Below, piece by piece: positions 47,371 through 53,855 of a DNA stretch of 53,855 nucleotides (position 1 is the stretch's first letter; each line of letters begins with the position of its first letter). The position numbers and the translations under genes are program-made. The stretch is from contig CAIXBT010000361.1 in NCBI GenBank assembly GCA_903917755.1, positions 1 to 53,855 on the forward strand, read 5' to 3'. The DNA comes from an uncultured Bacteroidota bacterium. Lineage in GTDB: Bacteria > Bacteroidota > Bacteroidia > Chitinophagales > LD1. Below the pieces are notes generated by a model, which saw only the letters and a list, made by a program, of their open reading frames with translations, was not told where the DNA came from and searched no databases.

Positions 47371-47384
47371 GTTCCACATGGCAT
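47371..47384. repeat. palindromic-motif copy GTTCCACATGGCAT (one mismatch)
   Basis: Intergenic, 31 nt downstream of the gcvT stop. Confidence 0.7.
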
Positions 47385-47696
47385 CGAGAGCTTTCTGCTA
47401 TCAAATTCCTATCGCATTTCACGCGAAATAGCTATATTTGTATTGTATAAGCTATTGTAGCAAACGAAATGTTCATTATGCATATTATTAATCTCCATAT
47501 TAAATAGCAAAATATCAAACCCATTGACATGTAGGAGAGTAGTTTTTTTGGAAAAAGGCATCCATAATGTCAAATATGGATTTTAACTAATACATAAACG
47601 AAAACCCACAGACAGAAAAGCAAAGGCAAATTCCTCTGACTATATTTGCTCCAATTAATGTATTTTGCTTTCTGAAAATTTTATCAAACAGGTATT

Positions 47697-48680
47697 ATGA
47701 AAAAATTGATCAGGCTGTTTTTATTGCTGGCTTTCATACAGGTCACTACTATGGCTGTGGCTCAGAATGAGCGACCCGTATTCACGCTGAAGCTAAGGAA
47801 CGGCGATATAATAACGGGTGTGGTCGACATCAGCTCCATCACGTTCAAGACCACCTATGGCGATCTGGCTTTCCCGATCAGGGAAGTGGCAGGCGTCACA
47901 TTGGGTGTCAATACATTCGGAGTAGACAAAACGCTGGTGATGGAATATCTCAATACCATCCAAAACGGCTCATTGACCGATGCGTCTATCTCCTTTGATA
48001 AACTGATAAAAATGGAGATCGGAGCCATTCCATATATCAAGGAGTTTATGGAGTCGCCTGCTTATAAGAAAAAAGAAGGCAGTGATATATCTGTGGAGCT
48101 GGCTTATGATGTGATGCTCTCTCGTCATAACATCAGCAAGACCTTCCGGGTCAAAGATGTGCTGCAAAACACCGGTGCCACATCTATCGAAGGCAGTTAT
48201 GAATTTGAATCGCTGACCCTCGAGACCGACTATGGACGGATCAGCGTAAACCGCGCTAAGATCGGCTCGATCAGTGTTATTTTCAAAGAAGTGAATAATG
48301 TCGGTACCGGCAATTTCAAACTCAATGCCAATCAGAATATAGTAGGCAATAACAACGGAGGCTGGGCCAATACAGGCATATTGGTCAGGCGCGATCAGGC
48401 CATTAAGATCATAGCCTCCGGTCAGGTCAATATAGCCAGCCTCTCGAACAATGCCTATACACCTGATGGTGGTGTGAACGGCACACCAGGGCCGAAATCT
48501 GCTGAGCCTACTTACGGTTGTCTGGTATTTAAGATCGGTGAGAATGGCCCCATGATGAAAGCCGGAGATAACTATCAGGGCAAATCTAACGCTACAGGGA
48601 TCATCTATATATCGATCTTCGAATCGGTCTATAATGCCGCCAATACCGGCACATATACTGTGAAAGTAGCGGTGAACTAA
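47697..48680 (+). CDS. secreted protein with C-terminal LecA/PA-IL-like lectin domain
   Basis: Signal peptide 'MKKLIRLFLLLAFIQVTTMAVAQ'. The C-terminal ~120 aa ('IKIIASGQVNIA...TPDGG...YGCLVFKIGENGPMMKAGDN...GIIYISIFESVYNAANTGTYTVKV') follows the block pattern of P. aeruginosa LecA ('ITIVAAGWASYG...GPQGD...[20 protein letters not shown]...[23 protein letters not shown]'). Confidence 0.5.
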   Translation: MKKLIRLFLLLAFIQVTTMAVAQNERPVFTLKLRNGDIITGVVDISSITFKTTYGDLAFPIREVAGVTLGVNTFGVDKTLVMEYLNTIQNGSLTDASISFDKLIKMEIGAIPYIKEFMESPAYKKKEGSDISVELAYDVMLSRHNISKTFRVKDVLQNTGATSIEGSYEFESLTLETDYGRISVNRAKIGSISVIFKEVNNVGTGNFKLNANQNIVGNNNGGWANTGILVRRDQAIKIIASGQVNIASLSNNAYTPDGGVNGTPGPKSAEPTYGCLVFKIGENGPMMKAGDNYQGKSNATGIIYISIFESVYNAANTGTYTVKVAVN

Positions 48681-48842
48681 CAGCCTTATTTCCGCAGATA
48701 ACAGATCAGCGAATATCTGCGCCATCAGCGGGAGCATTATTGTGAATTGCATTGAATTTTGTCCATCCGCAGCAGAGCTGTCGAAAACCATTTCCGCTTG
48801 CGATACTACGCATGGATAGTATTTCGTTGATTAGCAGACAGG

Positions 48843-51761
48843 ATGAAAAGGATAAGCTTTATTTTATTGGCTCTCGCCATAGTGTGCAGGTCTCTTGGCC
48901 AGCAGGATAACCCGTTTTTTCACTGGCCTGACAACAAAGCCTGCGTAGAATGGGTCAACAAAACATATGACAGCCTCAGTCCTGAGGAGCGTATCGCCCA
49001 GTGCTATATGCTCTCGGCTCATATCGATTCGCTGAATGAAATGCTCAAGGTCGAAGCACTGGTCAAAGAGGGCAAAGCCGGAGGAATTATTTTTTTCAAA
49101 GGCCACCCGTCCAATCAGCTCTACTGGACCAATAAACTACAGGCTCAGGCCAGAGTGCCACTCATGATCGGGATAGATGCAGAATGGGGACTCAGCATGC
49201 GTCTGGACTCTGTGCCGGTATTTCCGCATCAGCTCACACTCGGGGCCATGAGCGACAATCAGCTTATCCGTCGGATGGGTGCTGAGATAGGCCGCGAATG
49301 CAAAAGAATAGGTGTCAATGTGGACTTCGCACCTGTAGTGGATATTAATAGCAATCCGCAAAACCCCGTGATAAATGACCGCTCATTCGGAGAGGATAAA
49401 ATGAAAGTAGCGGTGAAAGGAGTAGAGTATGCTGACGGCCTGCAGAGCATGAATATTCTGGCCTGCGCCAAGCACTTTCCGGGTCATGGCGATACGGATA
49501 AAGACTCGCATAAGACATTGCCCACGGTGCGCAAAACCTTAGAGCAACTAGAAAACTTTGAGTTCTATCCTTTCAGAGTGATGATGGCCAATGGTGTGGG
49601 CAGTATGATGGTGGCGCATCTCAGCATTCCGGCATTGGATACCACACCTAATATCACTACATCTTTATCAAAAAAAGTAGTGACCGATCTGCTCAAAACG
49701 CAAATGGGTTTTCAGGGACTTGTATTCTCCGATGCGCTCAATATGAAAGGGGTGACGAGCCTCTATGCCAAGGGTACCGTAGATAGCATAGCCTTTATGG
49801 CCGGCACCGACATACTCGAATATTCCGAAGACCCGGAGAGCGGACAGGCCAAAATTTTGTGCGCATGGCAGGACAGCATCCTGACCGATTCAGCACTTGA
49901 GATACATGTCAAAAAGATACTCGCATACAAATATATGCTAGGTCTGCAGCGCTGGAAACCGCTGGATCCGACCAACCTCACCTATGATCTGAGCACTGAT
50001 TCTGCCCTGCTGCTGCGAAGGGAAATGTTTGAGCAGGCCATCACTATAGCTTCTAATGACAATGCCCTGATACCCCTGCGAGACCTCAGTGCGAAACGCA
50101 CAGCATGTATTTCTATAGATCATAAGGGCATGACAGATTTTCAGAAACACAGTTTTCAGTTTGCGGAGATGGACCTCTTCAATGCACCTAATGAAAGCAA
50201 TGACACGCTGCTCCCGCTGCTCGATACCGTATCTACATACGAACGCGTGATAGTAGCCCTGCATGGCATGAACCGCCTTGCTTCTACCAATTTCGGCATC
50301 AATAAAAACTCCATTGATTTCATTCAGAAACTATCTGAAAAGACACAGGTCATCTTGGTCGTTTTTGGTTCTCCATACAGTTTGAAATTTTTTGATGATC
50401 AGAAAAATGTGATCGTAGCCTATGAAGATAATGATGCCACAAATCTGGCAGCAGCCAATATTTTATTTGGTGCCCTGCCTGCGTTGGGCAAGCTACCGGT
50501 CACTGCTTCGCAGAAATATAAAGCCGGAAATGGGTTTATAGTTGAACAGGCATCACGTCTCAAACTTTCGCAGCCCGAAGAGGTCAGTATGAAATCTGAA
50601 GACCTGCGAGAGATGGATCAAATCGTGCTCAATGGTATGATAGCCCATGCCTATCCCGGCTGTCAGATCCTCGTGACCAAAGACAACAAGGTGATATGGA
50701 ACAAAGCCTATGGCAGCAAGATATATGAGAACCCGAAAGACAAGGTACAGACCACAGACCTCTATGATCTCGCCTCTATATCTAAGATCGCCGCTACCAC
50801 ACTCGCTGTAATGAAACTATATGAGGAGAAGAAAATAGAACTCGACAAAACCGTCGGCGACTATCTGAGCCTCGACGATAGCGCCACGATCAAACACCTC
50901 AGGATATCAGATGTCCTGACACATCAGGCGGGCTTGAAACCATTCGTGGAGTTTTACAGACGTACCATAGATACGACCAAATATGTCTGCTATTACAGGA
51001 CCAACAGCAATGATACTTTCTGCGTGAAGGTCTGCGACAGTATGTGTATGCGCAAAGACTATCCCGATACCATGTGGCATATCATGGCGCACAGCTATGT
51101 CAAACCGGATGCGGGCTATGTCTACAGCGATATAGATTTTTATATCATGCAGAAAGTAGTAGAGCAGGTGTCAGGCCAGAAACTAGATCAATACGTCTAT
51201 CAGAACATCTATCGCCCCATGGGCCTGACACGTATAGGCTACAAACCTTTAGAAAGATTTGACAGGGGCCGTATAGTGCCGACAGAGAGAGATACGATAT
51301 TTCGCAAAGAGCTCGTGCAGGGCTATGTGCATGATCCCGGCAGTGCCATGTACGGAGGTGTGGCTGGTCATGCAGGTGTATTCAGCGATGCGATGGACCT
51401 GGCCGAACTCATGCAGATGCTGCTCAACAAAGGAGCATACAATGGCAAGCAAATACTGACAGCAGAAACCATTGACTTGTTTACCAAAAGAAGTACCACT
51501 AAGTCTCGCAGAGGTTTAGGTTTTGATAAACCTGAGCCGGACCCACAGAAACAAAGCCCTACTTATAATAAAGTGCCACTGAGTGTCTTCGGTCATACGG
51601 GTTTCACGGGTACCTGTGTGTGGAGCGACCCGGATAATAACCTGACATTTATCTTCCTGTCCAATCGCGTATATCCTGATGCAGAAAATCCGAAACTGGT
51701 CAAGATGAATATCCGCACCGACCTGCAGAAGATCGTGTACAAGGCTTTGCCTAAAAAATAG
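48843..51761 (+). CDS. fusion protein: GH3 (NagZ-like beta-N-acetylhexosaminidase) N-domain + serine beta-lactamase/PBP-like C-domain
   Basis: 972-aa ORF with a signal peptide, the GH3 motif 'KHFPGHGDTDKDSH', then the SxxK motif 'LASISKIAATT' and the KTG-like 'GHTGFTG'. Confidence 0.8.
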   Translation: MKRISFILLALAIVCRSLGQQDNPFFHWPDNKACVEWVNKTYDSLSPEERIAQCYMLSAHIDSLNEMLKVEALVKEGKAGGIIFFKGHPSNQLYWTNKLQAQARVPLMIGIDAEWGLSMRLDSVPVFPHQLTLGAMSDNQLIRRMGAEIGRECKRIGVNVDFAPVVDINSNPQNPVINDRSFGEDKMKVAVKGVEYADGLQSMNILACAKHFPGHGDTDKDSHKTLPTVRKTLEQLENFEFYPFRVMMANGVGSMMVAHLSIPALDTTPNITTSLSKKVVTDLLKTQMGFQGLVFSDALNMKGVTSLYAKGTVDSIAFMAGTDILEYSEDPESGQAKILCAWQDSILTDSALEIHVKKILAYKYMLGLQRWKPLDPTNLTYDLSTDSALLLRREMFEQAITIASNDNALIPLRDLSAKRTACISIDHKGMTDFQKHSFQFAEMDLFNAPNESNDTLLPLLDTVSTYERVIVALHGMNRLASTNFGINKNSIDFIQKLSEKTQVILVVFGSPYSLKFFDDQKNVIVAYEDNDATNLAAANILFGALPALGKLPVTASQKYKAGNGFIVEQASRLKLSQPEEVSMKSEDLREMDQIVLNGMIAHAYPGCQILVTKDNKVIWNKAYGSKIYENPKDKVQTTDLYDLASISKIAATTLAVMKLYEEKKIELDKTVGDYLSLDDSATIKHLRISDVLTHQAGLKPFVEFYRRTIDTTKYVCYYRTNSNDTFCVKVCDSMCMRKDYPDTMWHIMAHSYVKPDAGYVYSDIDFYIMQKVVEQVSGQKLDQYVYQNIYRPMGLTRIGYKPLERFDRGRIVPTERDTIFRKELVQGYVHDPGSAMYGGVAGHAGVFSDAMDLAELMQMLLNKGAYNGKQILTAETIDLFTKRSTTKSRRGLGFDKPEPDPQKQSPTYNKVPLSVFGHTGFTGTCVWSDPDNNLTFIFLSNRVYPDAENPKLVKMNIRTDLQKIVYKALPKK

Positions 51762-51765
51762 TTCT

Positions 51766-52686
51766 TTAATATTTCGAATAATAGCCCGTGCCATCGTATT
51801 CACGTATGGCTGTGGATTGCATACACGCCTCAGAGCAACAGCCCTTCATCTTCCATCCGCATTCTTCGCAGAGCACGAAGTGTTCATTGCATTCGGCATT
51901 GGCACAGTTGACCATATGAGTAGATGCAGTACCGCAGACACGACAGGAAGAAATGACGGAAGGATTGACCACATTGACAGGCACTGAGACGCGCTTATCA
52001 AATACATAACAGTTCCCTTCGAAGTCCCTGCCCTGCATTTCTTTGCCGTACTTGACTATGCCGCCGTGAAGCTGATATACATTTTTGAAACCTGCTTCAA
52101 GTAGCAGTGCACTTGCCTTCTCACATTTGATACCACCCGTGCAGTAGGTCATGACCTTTTTGTCCTTGTACTGCTCGAGGTTTTTGATGTATTCGGGAAA
52201 GTCTCTGAAATTGTCTATATCTGCTGCGATAGCACCTTTGAACCGGCCCAGTCCGCTCTCGTAGTTAGAGCGCACATCCAGCACCACGACGTCGTCCTGA
52301 TGCATCATTTCGGCGAATTCTCTCGGCTCCAGATGTATGCCTGTGCGGGTATTGGGATCTATGCCCAGCTCGACGGTACCGGAGTTTACGATCTCATTCT
52401 TATATCGTATGTGTAGCGCAAAGAACGATGGCTCATCCACATCATCTATTTTAAAATCGATACCTGACAGCAGGGAATGATTGTTCAGCATGTCCATATA
52501 TTTCTGACATTGCACCACAGTGCCAGACACAGTGCCGTTCAGGCCCTCATCAGCCACGATGATCCTGCCTACCAGGCCTGTGCGCTGACAGAATGCAAGA
52601 TGCTGTTCGGTAAAAGTAGCTGCATCCGGTATATTGACATATTTGTAATACAGCAATGTCCTGAATGGTTTCATTTTCTTTTCCAT
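51766..52686 (-). CDS. trhO: rhodanese-related sulfurtransferase / tRNA U34 hydroxylase TrhO (UPF0176)
   Basis: 'LLYYKYVNI', the rhodanese active-site loop 'YCTGGIKCEKA' and a Cys-rich C-terminus. Confidence 0.85.
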   Translation of the reverse strand: MEKKMKPFRTLLYYKYVNIPDAATFTEQHLAFCQRTGLVGRIIVADEGLNGTVSGTVVQCQKYMDMLNNHSLLSGIDFKIDDVDEPSFFALHIRYKNEIVNSGTVELGIDPNTRTGIHLEPREFAEMMHQDDVVVLDVRSNYESGLGRFKGAIAADIDNFRDFPEYIKNLEQYKDKKVMTYCTGGIKCEKASALLLEAGFKNVYQLHGGIVKYGKEMQGRDFEGNCYVFDKRVSVPVNVVNPSVISSCRVCGTASTHMVNCANAECNEHFVLCEECGWKMKGCCSEACMQSTAIREYDGTGYYSKY

Positions 52687-52817
52687 GTTTGGGATTGCAA
52701 AATTAAAGGAAATAATTGATTAGCCTAAGGCCAATGCTCAGATAGCAATTGCCATTTTTTTGTAAAATCTGCTTTTGATTTATGGAAATTAGTATGTCAA
52801 CAGTATCTTTAGTATAA

Positions 52818-53489
52818 ATGAGTTACAACTCTATCCATATCAGCATACCCAAACCCTGTCATGAGGCATGGGATCGAATGGACCCGACGGAGCGCGGCGC
52901 ATTCTGTCAGAGCTGTCAGAAGGAGGTGATCGACTATAGCTCCATGACCGACCGCGAAGTGATAGAACATCTCACTAATGCAAAGAGAGGCTGCGGCAGA
53001 TTTCGATCAGATCAGGTAGAAGCTCCGCTTTCTCTCCCCAGATTGAATAATGGGTTTATGAAATGGAGGGCCATCCTGCTGGGATTGCTGCCGATATTTG
53101 CTTTCAGAGATGCCATAGCCTCGCAGCCGCGACCGGTGCTTAGCGATCAGACCACCCTTAATAAAGATATCAAACCCACATCCACTCTGCTTCCTGAGCA
53201 TATCATTGTAAACGGTCTGGTAATAAATGAAAAAGGGGAGCCGGTCATGGCCAATATTCAAGTCATAGACTCGGCGGGAGATTTCATCGGGCCGGCGGTC
53301 GGTACGGATAAAAAAGGCCGATTCACACTACAGGCAGAGCGCAAGGTTTACAAAGATAAACTGCCCTTTCTTAAGATCAATAGCCGAAACTATAATCCTC
53401 AATATATATCGCTGACCAAAGACAAGATACAGGCTGTTAAGATCAAAATGATCCAGCAGACTTATATCGTAGGAGACTGGTATTTTTAA
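52818..53489 (+). CDS. single-pass membrane protein: Cys-rich N-terminal domain + TM + CarboxypepD_reg-like domain
   Basis: 'HISIPKPCHEAWDRMDPTERGAFCQSCQKEVIDYSSMTDREV', the TM helix 'WRAILLGLLPIFAF', then 'IIVNGLVINEKGEPVMANIQVIDSAG...KKGRFTL'. Confidence 0.65.
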   Translation: MSYNSIHISIPKPCHEAWDRMDPTERGAFCQSCQKEVIDYSSMTDREVIEHLTNAKRGCGRFRSDQVEAPLSLPRLNNGFMKWRAILLGLLPIFAFRDAIASQPRPVLSDQTTLNKDIKPTSTLLPEHIIVNGLVINEKGEPVMANIQVIDSAGDFIGPAVGTDKKGRFTLQAERKVYKDKLPFLKINSRNYNPQYISLTKDKIQAVKIKMIQQTYIVGDWYF

Positions 53490-53499
53490 AACAATAAAG

Positions 53500-53748
53500 A
53501 TGAAAAGAGATTCTGTACATATCAGCATAGCGCAGCCATGCCACGAGCAATGGGATGGCATGACTGTGACCGAACGTGGCGCATTCTGCCAAAGCTGTCA
53601 GACAGAGGTCATTGACTTTAGCATCATGACCGACCGCGAGGTGGTAGACTATCTGTCAAAGAACAAGACTGGCTGTGGCAGATTCAGAAAAGATCAATTG
53701 AATACTCCATTAAGACTGGCACAAGTTGATAACGGTGAAGTTGTTTAA
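53500..53748 (+). CDS. truncated paralogue of the preceding gene (Cys-rich N-domain only; possible pseudogene or fragment)
   Basis: 'HISIAQPCHEQWDGMTVTERGAFCQSCQTEVIDFSIMTDREV' aligns residue by residue with 52818..53489. It stops ('DNGEVV*') where the paralogue's TM helix begins. Confidence 0.5.
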   Translation: MKRDSVHISIAQPCHEQWDGMTVTERGAFCQSCQTEVIDFSIMTDREVVDYLSKNKTGCGRFRKDQLNTPLRLAQVDNGEVV

Positions 53749-53782
53749 ACTTTTGTACAAAGCTAATAAAAATGTTATAAAA

Positions 53783-53822
53783 GCGGGATAGGATAGAAAA
53801 AAAAAGAAACTACCTATCCCGC
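53783..53822. other. 10-bp-stem hairpin (gcgggatagg ... cctatcccgc) in an AT-rich tail; possible terminator of a minus-strand gene beyond the window
   Basis: Perfect 10-bp inverted repeat with a 20-nt A-rich loop. On the minus strand it is followed by tttt. Confidence 0.3.
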
Positions 53823-53855
53823 AAAAAATGATAGTTATAGACGAAACTAAAATAA

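Noticed and set aside
53749-53763. 'acttttgtacaaagc' resembles a Gateway attB core (CTTTGTACAA), raising the possibility of vector contamination.
   Set aside because: It is only a short partial match without the flanking att arms. TTGTACAA is a simple palindrome in AT-rich DNA, so chance is the more likely explanation.
1-53855. Search for CRISPR arrays, tRNA, rRNA or tmRNA genes, IS elements, transposases, integrases and prophage genes.
   Set aside because: I saw no regularly spaced repeats, no tRNA T-loop-like GGTTCGAATCC motifs in intergenic DNA, and no transposase- or integrase-like translations in the ORF track. The check was by eye only.

Overview
This is a 53.9-kb chromosomal segment from a Bacteroidota genome. 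The phylum call rests on a GldM homologue, two cargo proteins with T9SS C-terminal sorting domains, TAnnTTTG-type promoter elements and many lipoprotein signal peptides. About 49 protein-coding genes are packed tightly. I saw no rRNA, tRNA, CRISPR array, transposase, integrase or phage gene. Most of the content is housekeeping: paaABC(x)D with a TetR regulator, a LolE-like permease, rbfA, gcvH, psd, purN, a DeaD-type helicase, hppA, hpt, msrA, idi, mnmG, lpxD, gcvT and trhO. I did not find a recognisable multi-gene defence or mobile system, so nothing here can be called a new 'system' with confidence. The strongest unexplained signal is in the DNA itself. A 14-bp palindromic motif, GTTC(C/T)AC(G/A)TGG(A/C)AC, occurs at least 12 times and is strongly enriched at gene boundaries. 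Two copies are perfect 20-24-bp palindromes 101 bp apart upstream of mnmG. Two more form identical 19-bp direct repeats that bracket a GNAT gene. Other points worth a second look: (1) a cluster of DnaA-box-like sites with an AT-rich tract at a strand-switch point near 15 kb, a possible oriC; (2) a gldM gene without gldK, gldL or gldN; (3) one 21-nt hairpin reused in opposite orientations on both sides of a chalcone-isomerase-like gene; (4) tandem paralogous lipoproteins of unknown function; (5) a secreted protein with a LecA/PA-IL-like lectin domain; (6) a tandem pair of Cys-rich transmembrane proteins, the second cut off just before its TM helix; (7) a coupled DUF3999-DUF2339 pair. All calls come from reading the sequence and the translations by eye. 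No database search was run.
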